Shown here: positions 14,518-29,454 of the stretch, piece by piece | Layout of the letters: each line of letters opens with the position of its first letter | How positions within the stretch are numbered: position 1 is the first letter of the stretch | Source of the DNA: the human T2T-CHM13v2.0 reference genome, Homo sapiens | Assembly: GCF_009914755.1 (NCBI RefSeq) | Contig: NC_060938.1 | DNA length: 64,000 nucleotides | Reading direction: 5' to 3' (one strand) | Made by a program: the position numbers and the translations under genes | The notes under the pieces: model-generated | Seen by the model: the letters and a program-made list of their open reading frames with translations, nothing else | The model's database searches: none | What the model was told of the DNA's origin: nothing

Positions 14518-14800
14518 AGGTCAAGCACGGTGGCTCGTGCCTATAATCTTAACACTCTGAAAAGCTGAGGTGGAAGAATGGCCTGAGGCCAAGAGTTCGA
14601 GACCAGCTTGGGCAATACAGAGAAACCCCATCTCTACAAAAAATTTTTAAAAATAAAATATTAGCCAGGTGTGGTGGCACGTGCCTATAGTCCCAGCTAC
14701 TCAGGAGGCTGAGGTGGGAGGATATCTTGAGGACAGGAGAGTTTGAGGCTACAGTGAGCTATGATTTACACTACTGCACTCCAACCTGGGTTCTAAAAAA
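14518..14800 (+). mobile_element. AluJ
   Basis: Diverged Alu dimer. Confidence 0.85.
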
Positions 14801-15140
14801 AATAAATTTTGTTTAATTTTTTAGTTTATCTGTTTCTAATATTTCTTAAACATACTTTTTTTAATTAAAAAAAAAATTTTAAGAAAAGTTTAAAAGCAAG
14901 AACTAAAAAAGACCTTGACTTACATCTTATTTGTAGACCTCAAAAAGATATAGGTCTAGTCACAGTCTATCAGAGGGGGAAAATGGAATACTTCTATTTT
15001 AAATTAGAAGCAACATTATCTAACATTTCAAAAGAAATCTTCAGCAGATTAAGTCAGTTTATGATACTATATATAAAATAAGCAATCCACTAGTAAAATA
15101 AGCTACTTTATTTCTTTAAAAAAAAAAAAATTAAACCCTA

Positions 15141-15452
<312 letters not shown>

Positions 15453-16697
15453 TTAAACCCTAAAATTCTAATGTCATTTTGTCTATTCTAACATAGTCAA
15501 TCATGCAAATGTACTTTTATACTCAGCATGCTTGCATTATAGGTAAATGATGTTAGAACTAAACACAACCCCAGCCCAGTATCAAATGTTTTTAAATACA
15601 ATAAGCAGTTCACTCTATAGTCTTTTAATTCACATGCAATAACAAAAGCTATCATAAAGTTAGAAAAGAAAATTGTGTAACAGGTGAAACCCCCAAAACT
15701 TCACTTATTAGCCTCCACAGTAAATGAAATCACTCAAAAAGGTTTTACTGAAAGAAACTCGCACACGTTTCCATTACACCTACCATTTAATATATGAATG
15801 TATTTGTCACCAAAGAAACACAAAAGAATGTCTATATTGCTTTTGCCTTTTTCTCACACTATTTTCTCCTTTATATAGTCAAAATGTTAGACAAGCAGGG
15901 GTCACTGGCTAGTTCAAATGAGTCCCAAAAATAAGTTTCAAGTCTCTCCAGTTAATAGTCATAGATCTGAAGATATTTTTATGTGGCAACTTTTAAGTTT
16001 GCTTCACCAAATGGAAATGAATTGCTACTTTGAGAGAGGTACTATAGCAGATTTACATTTTAATAAGTAAATTGATTAATATACAACATAGTGAAAAATA
16101 CATCCAGGCACCAAGACACCCAGCAATGACTAAACAAACCCTACTGCCACCACTAACCTCCCACTTCTGGTTTCCTTCACCACAGTAGCCAAAAAATACT
16201 ACCCAAGAGATTCTTTTTGCTATTGTTGTTGTTAGTAGTTGGATTAAGACCAGAAAGCAGAAACTACAGAAAGGGCTTTCCTATTCACTGTAGGTAAGGA
16301 TTCCCAAACTAAGAAATGTAACCTGGATATGAGTTGTTTATAGCTATACTCTATGTATCAAAAATGGAGAAATTTATACTTTTCTCCCTTTTGAAAAATC
16401 TTTATTTTTTATTCCAATGCCAATATTCCAAACAATTTGGTAAAGTTTTTAAAGCTTAAAAACAATCCTCAAAATCTTTCCTTTACCCTTCTCATATATT
16501 TTAAATGATTTTCTACTTGATCAATAACACATCCTAAATTATATACAAACAAATTTCAATTATACAACAGACAAAGTTTAAAGTTAGTTGCCCCCTTTAT
16601 GAAACAAAAAATTAAGTTACACAAAGAAACAGAATTGAAGAACTTTTTTCTCAATTATTGGTATACAAAAATTATAATAGTCAGAATCTGCACTTAC

Positions 16698-16808
16698 TCT
16701 TCACCCCTTTCTTCCCCTTTCGTTCCTTCTTGTACTGTTCCTTCAGTTTACTTATTAGTCCCTGGTCTACATCCCAAACCTCAGCAGTTGGGGAGAGGTC
16801 ATCTTTAT
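16698..16808 (-). CDS. STRN3: STRN3 exon 8 (111 nt, cassette): (D)KDDLSPTAEVWDVDQGLISKLKEQYKKERKGKKGVK
   Basis: Acceptor tgcatgtag|AT, donor AAGA|gtaagt; phase 1-1; basic striatin-family segment. Confidence 0.95.
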
Positions 16809-17448
16809 CTACATGCAGCATATTATTAAAAGAAAAAAAATCAGCAGTTGGCAATGCAAGCTGTTGGCAGTAAACTGTTATAGCTTTACATAATCATAAT
16901 AAAATGTACTAATAGCATATACTCAAAATACTTTAAAGGTGCAGTCTCAGTTCTGGTATTCACAACTCAAACTCTAAATGCCCATGTCATAAGTTTCTAA
17001 ACATTTAATATCAACAGTTAAATGGTGCTTCATTTTCATGAACCACAAATTTGAAGGTTATCATTCATTCAATAGACTGACATTAGAAATCTAATGTTAT
17101 AAAAATAGATCACTGCATCTTTATAAAAATGTTAATAAAAAATTATTCAGCCAGCATCATAAAAGCAAATGAATGAAATACATGCGAACTACTCGGAAAA
17201 GTGCAAGCTAGAAAGGTAAGTGCTGTTTCATTGATGAAAATATTCATGCACCTTCTGTCATACTGATTCTGCATGCACAGGATTAACTGTACTAATGGAG
17301 AGGCATTCTAGTCCAATATAATACATATAGTTCAAAAATACAATGTCTTGAATAATCCATACAAAGCATTCAGAGTCCCACCTCTGCCCCACCCACCCAA
17401 ATAGTTCAACATCTCATTACCTTCTTCCATTGGTCTACAACTAAGATT

Positions 17449-17479
<31 letters not shown>

Positions 17480-19409
17480 CAAAAAAAAAAAACTCAAATT
17501 CCACTGAAGAATTTTTTTAGAATTGATTTTTTTTCAGGATAAAACTAGTGATCAGCATGGAGAAGTGAAAACATACATTGCTGTACAACTGCTAAAGCTA
17601 CATCAGCTATTTTAGCTGAATAATAAATCTGTATTTAACTAAATACTTGTGACTGAGAAAAATTTACTCATAGTCAACTAGAGGAAAAACAGCACTAAAA
17701 AGAGGCAGCATAAAAATAATTAAGTCTTTGAGAATTATTTTAAATATTGAGGATTTTTCCTTCCTTTGTGTGGTTTTAAAACAGCTCATAAGGAAGTTTA
17801 ACACTCTGACTTGTTAAGTTTTTGATAACTCAGTATATTCTGGCTAACAAGTTTTATAAGAGCCACCCTAGGCCTCACTGACTTAATCTATAAAGTAGAC
17901 ATAAAAAGCCTTTCTCTTCCTTTATAGATTGCTATATGCACCAAACTTAAGAAATTCTCATATTTGAATGGCACACGGAAATGCAAATATTTACTGCGCC
18001 TTGAGTTTTTCCTGCTACAATTGTCATAACTTTTTCCCTGATGGTATGATCACAGGTGGTCGGTCAGTATGTGAAAAGCTAAATCCTAAGTTTGAAATTA
18101 ATCTGCTAACTTGAATCACTTGAAACTAGGTTACTCATGACTAAAACTTACACCTAAGATTATCTATCTGTCAAATCCACAAATTATAATGCTGTTTGTA
18201 ATACAGCTGTAAAGAGAAAATTCACTTTACTCAATTCGCATGTACTCAAATCATGAAGTTTCCTGAAAATTATGCTGCATCAGGAATCTTTCTGTAAACT
18301 TATTGAATATACCAAGAAAAACGGGATCTCAACAATTAATCATTTGCACTCATCTTAATGAAGTTAATAATTCTTAATTTCAACTACTTAAAGCAAGACA
18401 AATTGATACATTATGAGCAAATATTTTTAAACCTCACAGAGACCAAAAAAACCCTTAAGTTGTATGAAGTTTATATAGGAAATTAGATAGAACAGAAAAA
18501 TTTAATAAGAGCCAAATAGTTTTCTAAAAGACCTGTGTAGAGAGAATAAAACTGTGAATAGCTCTAACTATAGTTGACAAAGAAAGTGGAGTGAAAATGC
18601 ATAGGGAATAAAAAAAGGATAAGCTTAAGGAAAAAAATATTACTTGCAAGATAATCTCAAATCTAGAAAATAAAAGTAAATTTAGGCAGTGCAAAGAACA
18701 GGTTGGTGAATGCATATGTGCACAAACAACATCCTGAAACTTGCCTGGTAAGTAACAGCTGTTTGATATTGCTTATAAGAAATAGGTAAGAGCAAAAGGG
18801 AAGAGACAGCAAAATCTTCTACATATTAATCCTTTTTTTAAAAAATCTAGGGGGAAAAAATACCAAGAAATGACGTTGAATCATTTACAGTAACTTTTTT
18901 GTCTAAAAGAAAACACAAATATGCATAAGAAAGTTGACTCCTGACAGCTCAAACCCACAAAAACACGAAATTCTATTACGGCAATTCTGATTACCAAAGC
19001 AGATGAATTATACAAATCTATTAACTGTAGCATAAATTTGTAACTAACTTTATGCAAATACTCATACTTTATCAATTATACTTAAGTACAAACATTCAGG
19101 TGCTAATTGTATTTTGTAGTTCTATAAATCTCTACAGATCAAAGATAGGAGACAATAAATGAACATTCTTAAAATGCCTAGTCTCCATGAAAGAAAAAGC
19201 AAAATAGAAATGCCAACTATTGCTTTTGACAATGAGAAGAACTAAAAATAACTAATATTAAACTCAGACTATCTAACACAGATGACAGTGAAAACAGCGT
19301 TAGAAAGCTTGCCAAAAGGCAGTGGTTTCATAAGATAAAAAAATTTAAAGTCAGAGATACAAAGTTAATTGTTGATTGCTAATAGACAAAATAAAAACCA
19401 GATTCTCTA

Positions 19410-19817
<408 letters not shown>

Positions 19818-20506
19818 CTATTTATAAATATATTCAAATTTCTGGCAAATGAATTCCATAAATATAAAGAGTGTTTGCATATTCATCCTCTTTGCTTTGG
19901 AAAAAATGACTATAACATCTTGTTGAGTAGAAATGATGAACTTTGGAAATACTGCATAAATCACTTGACAGTTTTCATTTCTTACCAAAAAAAAACTATT
20001 TGAACGATCTTGTACTTAAATGAGTTATTTTCCTTCACTAAGAACTTAAAATGTTTTAAAGATAATATTTCCGTCTCGTCTGGAAGTAAGGGACCTTTTC
20101 GATTACTTCCACTTACACAGGAGACACAGGTACTGTCAAATATTGATAGTAAAAAGCTAAATATTGAGAGTTGTCTTAAAACTCTGCTCTACAATCAAAA
20201 GTCTTCAGACAGAAAGACCAATCGGTTGTACATAATATAGAAACTATTATCAAAGAAATAATGCCATTCCATATAAATTAAATTCCTGAGTTTTTTCTTT
20301 ATCCTTATGATTAAATTTCTAGCAACTTTAGGCTAAGGAAACAGGAATGAATATGTGTCAAGATTTAGCTAAAAAGATATTTGATAAGTTATTTCGATCA
20401 TTTTCTTTTTAATGAAAATAAGCTAAATGTGCATCATAGAGCTCTGGTTAAATAAAATTATGGCACATTATTGACAGAATGTTATCCAGCTATTAAAAAT
20501 GATGCT

Positions 20507-20821
20507 GACTGGGCATGGTGGCTCATGCCTGTAATCCCAGCACTTTGGGAGGCCAAGGCAGGCAGACTGCTTGAGTCCACGAGTTCAAGACTAGCCTGAG
20601 CAACATGGCCAAACTCCGTCTCTACAAAAAAAAAAAATGCAAAAATTAGCCAGGTGTGGTCACACGCCTGTGGTCTCAGTTATTCAGGAGACTGAGGTGG
20701 GAAGACCCCTTGAGCCTGGGAGGTGAAGGTCACAGACAGCCAAGATTGCACCACGGCACCCCAGCCTGGGCAATAAAGCGAGACCCTGTTTCATTAAAAA
20801 AAAAAAAAAAAAAAAAAAAAA
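20507..20821 (+). mobile_element. AluJ
   Basis: Dimer, TSD aaaa(t/c)gatgc. Confidence 0.88.
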
Positions 20822-21544
20822 CGATGCAGAAGAACCATGTATTAAGTGAAAAGTGTGCATTACAAATCAACATTTAGCAAAATCCTGTTAACTAAATAAG
20901 TAAATATATATACATATACTTATAAAATATTCATCTTCACATGTATTTGTAGGTTCTAAGTTTTTTAAAACATATTTGTATTACAAAATAATTATATAAT
21001 TATAAAACAATCAGGAAAAAACAATACTTTTGAAGTTACTGGAAAAAGATAAGGTATTTCCAACATTGAATGTCTGCACAGAGAAGCTAAAAGAAAAGTT
21101 AAGTATTTTTGCTGTTTCTCCTGAGCAATGCTGATTTTGAAGAAAGGTACCCTTCTAAACCACAATCATTTTCAAATAGTAAGTACAAAAATGTAGTCTA
21201 GAAAGTAATTGTGGAGTTTTCTCATGTTTGAATTAATGTGTCTCTTCTATTTCCACTTAGAAGAAGAAAGAAGTGAAGGTCTGAAAATAATGCTTGAGAA
21301 TTATAATAAGAAAATTGGTGGCAAAATTCAAATCTTTTAAGTACTTGATTCATTTTTTATATCAAGATAGTCAATAAATGTATTACATATTAGGTTTTTT
21401 CTCTCTTGCTATTAGCAATACTTAGTTTAAACACATAAATGAGGCATCTTTTAAAATCCAAGTGTTTGCTATCAAAGTTGTTTTTTAAAAAAAATCTAGT
21501 GATTATTCCTCTAGCTTGTAATTAAGCAAAACTTTGATGTATTA

Positions 21545-21910
<366 letters not shown>

Positions 21911-22678
21911 CTACCACACAACATGCTGATATTAAATGAGGATTGCATGAATGTATTTACTAGGAAAAACATAAATGACGTCAGCTATTACCTTAAAATA
22001 TTTTTACACTTATTTTACTTCCTAATGGGGTTTTTAACCATGTACAGATAGAGAATGGTTTTCTCTTAGTTATGGCTGAATTATTATTAGCACAATGTAC
22101 CACTTCCAAAGTTTAGGCCCTAACATTTTGCACACTGAATATTATAGGCAATAAAGTTTAGTATCTTCATTAAATTGTGCTCAATATAGAGCTATAATTC
22201 AGGATGAGTAGCTTTATTCTTTCTAATTACTTTCTAATTACTAATTTCTAATTACTGACTAATTACTAATTCTAGTAATTAGTCAGATAACACTATATGG
22301 ACATACTGAGAGTTAAATCTTCCTAAATCTAGAATACCAAATTAAACAACGGGAATGTTTAAAACTGAATACATAAATTTTTAAAAATTGACTAAAGGGA
22401 AAGAAATTGGATTTCCAAATCAATTAAATGTTTCAACTTTAAATCCAGACAAATTCCAAAAATCAAAATCCACCAAAAGCCATATATATTAAATAGTTTA
22501 GTCACCAAATTTAAGTAAATTGGTACAAAATACCTTGATATTATTCAAAACCACTTCCCCTTGCTCTCCGTTTAACTGCCACCATACATTTATACACACA
22601 TTCCACATATAATATTTAATAATAACCCATCATTAAGGGCTAGATTTCCTCCCACCCGGTATTTCTTTATCACCTTAC

Positions 22679-22820
22679 CCCATTCTGTGCCATCCCCCGA
22701 ACTCCGTGCTTCTCCAGCTCCTTCACCATCTTCAGCAGTCACTAAAAAATCAAATTCTTTCAGTGCTTCCTCAGTATCAGGATCGTCAGTTAGGTCAGCA
22801 GCTAAACCTTCATTACCTAT
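22679..22820 (-). CDS. STRN3: STRN3 exon 7 (142 nt): IGNEGLAADLTDDPDTEEALKEFDFLVTAEDGEGAGEARSSGDGTEW
   Basis: Acceptor tttacag|ATA, donor TGGG|gtaagg; EEALKEFDFL striatin motif. Confidence 0.96.
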
Positions 22821-24010
22821 CTGTAAATAGAATATAAACCAAGAATTACTTTTATCCTAAATGGAAAAGGGATGCTTTAATATTGTCACATAACTACATT
22901 TACACACCCATTTTAAAATTACTTGGATCAAAAATTTTAGATCTCCTATGTAATTCACAAATCCCAAATTATACTTCAGATAAATGGTTCAACAGTGCTG
23001 TGCCAAGATTGATCTAAGTAATGTGGCACTAAAAATGGTTTAAATGCTAATCATCAAGAACAGTTAACTTCTTAAATTACAGTACATTCACAGTTAGTCC
23101 TCCATTAAAGAACCAGTCACTTATTTGCATTCTGATGTTATCTTGAATTGACCTCATAAATGGGAACTGCATGATTCGTCCTTCACTCATAGAGATATGG
23201 CATAGTAACTAATTTAAATTCATAGCTGTGATAATTATAATAGTGCTTTACCTTCCAGAACAAAAAAATTAAAAGGATCAAAATCTCTATTCACCCAAAT
23301 AGACTACGTTATACATATAGAATGTGTCAAAAAAGACTGAAAACTGATTTTGTAGACCAGAGACTTTTGTGGAACACTGTCATTTTTTTCTTATGTTACC
23401 GTAAAATCTCAAATACCAACAACTAAACCTACCCACTTTTTTCTATGGTTGAAATGCTGTACACTACTTTGGTAATCCACGAATGGACGATCAACTCTAC
23501 TTTGGCTTCTACAGCAAGCCCCTCAAACCACTCAAATAGATAAACCTGTTTCTTAGGTTATGAGCAAAAGTAAATTTTTATTATTCTTTACTAAAATACA
23601 AGAATGTTGAGACTTATTTATAATTCACAGATTACTCCCTCACCCAGGGTGGAAGTATTCCCATTGCAACTTCAGTTAATTTATCACTGGTGTGCTGTAC
23701 ATGAAGAGACAGACTTCAGCAGTGATTCTCAACTGTAGCAGAAGTGGAAAGGGCATTGCTTTAAAAAGGTTTCAAAATCAATGGACTAGTCCTATAAATA
23801 CAGACCTTTTCTTGCCCATTTAGTGAATAATATAGCAAACAATTCCTACTCTATGTGTGTAATGCAAAAAGAGCTGACCACATAAAACTTTTAACCAATA
23901 TGTAAAGTAAAGATGATCAATCACTCCCAATGTAACTTAAGATATCTTAAAAATTCCCATTCCAACTACATGAATATATAGCTAATAAGAATATAAAATG
24001 TAATTCCTAC

Positions 24011-24140
24011 TTTATGTTTATTCATCCGATGTTTGTCTTTTCCTTCTGGGATGCCTTCGATCATGTCATTTTCCTCATCTTCATCACTGTCATCGGCATT
24101 TTCTAAGAAATTGAACGTCTCAAGAACATCACCAGAGGAC
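24011..24140 (-). CDS. STRN3: STRN3 exon 6 (130 nt): SSGDVLETFNFLENADDSDEDEENDMIEGIPEGKDKHRMNKHK
   Basis: Inside ORF 23966..24169; acceptor gcacag|G, donor AAA|gtagga. Confidence 0.96.
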
Positions 24141-24554
24141 CTGTGCGAAGGAAAAAAAGATAAATCCAACTATTCCAATGGTTGGTTCTAATATTTCTTT
24201 CTGGTTCCCATTTTAAATCAATTCTTAAAACTAGAGAGATTCGAATGACTACCTACTGTCTGAGGGCTTTATTCAAGAAAAGAAGTTTGAAAGATTTATG
24301 TTCTACAACTGAAATAAAAGTAATTATTCTCTGCTGACTTTCTCCAAAGTTCATTGTCCAAAATATTTTAGGTAATTACTGCAACAAAATAAAATCCTAT
24401 AGTATTAGACACTCAAACACATATTATTAGTTCTCAAAATAAAACCATCATAAACAAGCAACTGAAACTTGGCCTTTCTTATAACTACAACCTCTTACAG
24501 TTTGGTCTAAATGTTTGAGGACTAAAACAGTAAATACCAAAGTTTATCAGGCGG

Positions 24555-24850
24555 GGCCAGGGACAGTGCTTCATGCCTGTAATCCCAGCACTTTGGGAGG
24601 TGAAGAGGGGAAGATCGCTTGAGCCTAGAGTTCAACACCATCCTGGGCAACACAGTGAAACCCATCTTCAAAAAAAAAAATTACCTGGGTATGGTGGTGT
24701 GTGCCTATAGTCTCAGCTACTCAGGAGGCTGAGATAGGAGGATTATTTGAACCCAGGAGGTTGAGGCTGCAGTGAGCTATGACTATATACTGCATTCCAG
24801 CCTGGGTGACAGAGCAAGACCCAGTCTCAAAATGAAAACAAAAAAACTTA
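24555..24850 (+). mobile_element. AluJ
   Basis: Diverged dimer. Confidence 0.85.
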
Positions 24851-25164
24851 AAAATAATTTATCAAGCAGCCCAGATTTATAGTAAATCAGATATAAAACA
24901 ACCCAATCCATTTCACAGACTGTCTTAGCTAGAAAAAATAACTCAAAATCTATTAAATAAATACTTTTAAGTCTTGCAGAATCACTTATTTAACAGGTAA
25001 TAGGGACAATATATATATTTTATCCACTTAACTAAATCTTTTAACTAATTTGAGTTTCTCTATGCACACACAAAAAAAGGTTTTCATACAGTTGTTTAAG
25101 TGTCTAACAATAAAGGCAGCAACAAAACAGTAGAAAATTCAGCTGAACAAAGACTTTCACCATG

Positions 25165-25285
25165 AAAATTCTCTGCTCTGCCACTAAGCAGCTGCTTGAA
25201 TTTGGCCAAACCATTTAAATCTTTTGGCCTCAATTTCTTTACCTGTAAATTGTGGGGGCTGAATTAGATTATCTCAAATGTTTTT
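25165..25285 (+). mobile_element. MIR
   Basis: ctctgccact...ggcctcaatttctttacctgtaaa core. Confidence 0.65.
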
Positions 25286-25414
25286 AAATGTCTTTACTAA
25301 GAGTACATGGTAACAAAAAGAAAAATAATATAAAACTCAGGGAGGGTTTTTGCCCCCCTCTCTGACTGGTTCCCTCCATTAGTCCAAATTAAGCATGTAA
25401 TACAATTCAGATTA

Positions 25415-25682
25415 TAGTCGTCCCTTGGTTTCCATGAGGCAGTGGTTCTAGCATACATACCTCCCTATCATGCTGAAGTCCCTACGCACATTCTCCCTGT
25501 AGTATACTTTAAATCATCTCTAGATTATTTATAATACCTAATACACTGTAAATACTACGTAAATAGGTGTCACACTGTATTTTTAAATTTGTATTATTTT
25601 ATTTTTTAATTGTCGTTTTTTTTTTCAATGTGGTATTTTCAATCCATAGATGTAGAACCTACAGATAGAAAGGGTTGACTAT
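25415..25682. mobile_element. MER2-like (Tigger-family) DNA transposon remnant
   Basis: agtcgtccctt / agggttgact termini; tactttaaatcatctctagatta core. Confidence 0.7.
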
Positions 25683-26109
25683 ATTTTTTAAATAGCATTA
25701 ACAAAGAGTTTTAATAGGTTGTACTATATCCCACCCAATCCAGCACACTGTTTAAAGGAACTGTATAATGACTGAATGTAGGAGATGGTTTCTTCAAATG
25801 CAAATTAGTAAAAACAACCACAAATCTACCACAACAAAATATACTTTCAGCTCAAAATTTACAATATAACTTAATATTTGGAGAGTAAGTGAAAGGCAAT
25901 GAATGCATTTGACAAAAGTAGCATATCAATGATACAATAATTTAAAAGAATTTTTTTTAAAGATATATTTGTTTTGAACTTTGAAAAATTAAGTACTGCT
26001 GCTCCTTGGATAGAAATTTCTGTCTCTAAAGTAAGAGTACCTCCTGTTTCCAGGTTTTAAAACTGTATTTAATCACAGCAATACATGTGCATGGCTTTAA
26101 AAGTCAAAT

Positions 26110-26900
26110 GGAACACAATGCATAAAAGAAAGAATTGGTCAATCAGATTTCACCAAAATTAACATTCGCTCTTTGAAAGACACCAAGAGAATGTAAAGAA
26201 AAGCCTATAAATTGTGAAAAAATATTTGCAAGTTATATTTCATGAAAAACTTGTGTCAAGGGGTATATAAAGAACACTTAAACCTTAACAGTAACAAAAC
26301 AATAAAAAATGGGGAAATATTTCAAATAGACATTGCGTCATAACGATAGGTGGAATGCAAATAAGCATATGAACAGATGCTCAACATCATTAGTCTTTAG
26401 GGAAATAAAAATTAAAGGATCATAGACTATGAAAGGTCTCAGGTTTTTCCCTGCCTTCATGCTAACAACCTAGCCTATTACTGTTTCATGGATCCTGAAA
26501 TAAGTCATAAAATTGAGTCAGAGACAAGAATTCTCCTCAGGAGCACAGAAAGTAATAGGATCATGTTTGCTGAATTTCCTTTGCCCAAGTCCCACAAGGG
26601 TGGCAAGGAGGTAATCAGGTAGATGTTACACTTACATTTCATTTGAATTATAGCGGAGGAACTCTGAGCTTAGGGAACTTGAATCATTTATACTGAACAG
26701 TAAGCATGACTTCCCAGAAGACTGTCTCTATCTTACAAGGTTGTTTGTTATATAAATATCCTTAAATAGATAGTCCAGAATAAAAGGGCAATATGTGTCT
26801 CTGCTCACAGGATGTTTAGAAACAGATCAGTGGAGAATTGTCTCTAAAAAACAAAACAAAAATGAGGTAGGGTCACAAACTTATAAGAATGACTAAAATT
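26110..26900. mobile_element. Old L1M 3' fragment interrupted by a solo LTR (about 26430-26850, LTR47-like, family uncertain)
   Basis: L1 motif agatgctcaacatcattagtc...; LTR-like tgaaaggtctcagg...gagaattgtctct. Confidence 0.5.
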
Positions 26901-28388
26901 AAGGAACGCAGTCTGGAGTGGAGTTGATGAAGAGTAGAAAAAGATTAGAAGAGTTGCTGAGCTGAAGAATGAAATAAGGAATCAGCCAGTGAAGAAAAAG
27001 AAAAGGTTTGTCAGGCAACTTTTAGAGCTCTACTGAAGTTAGCTAAGAATAATTTGGGGATCATGAGTATCGTCAATCTTTTGCTGTTGCTGCTGTTGCT
27101 GCAGTTGCTAAAATGAAGTTCTGCTTGCTAGGAAATACTTAGGAGAAAAAAAGCCAAATAGTTCTAAATAAATTGACAAGGCATACAATGAGTAACAAGA
27201 GAGTCCCCTGCCCCATCCTTCTCTATCTTTGATTCCTACACACTAGGAACAACCATTTTTAAACTTATTTTTAAAGAAGCTTCCCTTTGTTATTTACCCT
27301 ATTTTTTCTAAATAACATGCTCAGATTGCTATTTCTTGATAAAAATGTAGTTCCCTTACAGTCTCCATCCCACATCCACACTTCCTCCCATAACAGTAAT
27401 ATAGTTACATCAGTTTACTTTTGGCTTTATTAATATTCCATGGTTACACTGTAAGTACATATTAGTATGTCCATGTAAATCACATTACAATGACTCTACT
27501 TCCTTTCTTTTATATATAGTTTTCCTGAAATAACTGCCTAGTGTGTTTTTTTTTTAATTGCCTGGTTTTCCAAGGATGTTACCACTATTCTCCTCTGAAA
27601 TTTTCCAGCAGAACTGTACATCTCCTTTCAAAATCCTCAAACACATAAAGCAATGTATTAATTTCATATTTTCTAAGAAACGTTCCTTCCAGTGTTCTGT
27701 CCTCCTTCCATTCTACTCTGGCTAATGTCCAGGCCCACTGCACAACTGTTTCCTGAAATTTCCTTTGCCTCTCTTTATTAGATATCTTTTTTCTTGGATC
27801 CTACACTTTCTTCCTTCTTGACTTAGTCTCTCAGAATTCTGAGAAACATCTCCAATAGCTTCCTGAGAAAAAATGAAGGGTAAATTTGAGGCTTTCATAT
27901 CTAAATGTCTCTTTTTGCTATTAATACTTTCACAAACAATACAGTACTTGGCTCAGTATACAAATCTAAATGGAACTCACTTTCCCTCAGAATCTTTAAG
28001 GCACTGCTCTCCTATATTCCAGCTTTGAATGTTAATTTAATAATGCCTGATTCCTAGTCTTTTCAATGTAGTCTAATTTTTCTATCTGGAAGATTTTAGA
28101 ATTTCCTCTTAATTTTTAGTGTTCATGATTATGGCCGCTGTATGGATCTTTTTTCATTGATTTTATGGAGTAACTGGAAAGAATCCTTTCAATCTGGAAA
28201 CAAACATCCCTGGAAATACATTCTGAAAATATATTCCAGAGAGTTTTCTTGTATTACTGTTTTAATCAAGTTTTCAACACTTGATTTGTTTTCTCTTTTT
28301 GAAACTCCTAGTCCGACATTGACCCTCTCAACTTGATCTTTGAATTTTCCTATCTTTTTGGTCCTAACTGGTGTACTGTCTACATGGG

Positions 28389-28750
28389 TGCCATGGTCTG
28401 AATGTTTATGTCCCTCAGCAAAATTCCTATTTTGAAACCTAATCCCCAATATGATGGTATTAAGAGGTGGGCCTTTGGTAAGTGGCTAGGTCATGGGGAC
28501 AGAGTCCTCATGAATAGGATTAGTACCCTTATAAAAGAGGCCCAAAGGAGCCTGCCTTTTCCACCATGCGAAAACCCAGTGGGAAGTCGGCAGTCCGCAA
28601 CCCAGAAAAGGGTCTTCACCAGAACCCAACCATGCTGACACATTGATCTTAGACTTCCCAACCTCCTGAGCTGTGAGAAATAAATTTCTATTGTTTATAA
28701 GCTACTCAGTCTACGGTATTTTGTTACAGCAGCCCAGAAGGACTAAGAAT
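28389..28750. mobile_element. MaLR solo LTR (MLT1A-like)
   Basis: tgccatggtctgaatgttt...ctgtgagaaataaatttctattgtttataagc...gactaaga. Confidence 0.8.
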
Positions 28751-29078
28751 ATGGCTATCTCTTGTCAAGCTGCTGACTTAACTTCTGCATGATAGGACAC
28801 AGGCCCAGCCATTTCACTGACATATCCCAATTTTCAGTACCATTAGGCCTTTCCTATTAATGTGATTCAACTTCAATATCTTGCTTGTAAGGGATAAAAG
28901 CTGCCAACATACTGGAAGTCACACAGTAGGAGAAAACAGGAGACCTCAATGCTCAGCTGGAGACTTTCATACAACCCTGCTGTTTTCATTTTATACAATA
29001 ACCCCATCTTTCAGTTGTTTTATTTCTTGAGAAAACAAAAATCACTGGTGGAAAATACACTACCATTCTTTGGAGTAG

Positions 29079-29454
<376 letters not shown>

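Noticed and set aside
16599-16873. Plus-strand ORFs overlapping exon 8
   Set aside because: Antisense shadows of the STRN3 exon; no independent gene signals
23966-24010. Read-through of exon 6 into intron (VGITFYILISYIFM*)
   Set aside because: Ordinary short open frame past a donor; no sequence evidence for a terminal exon
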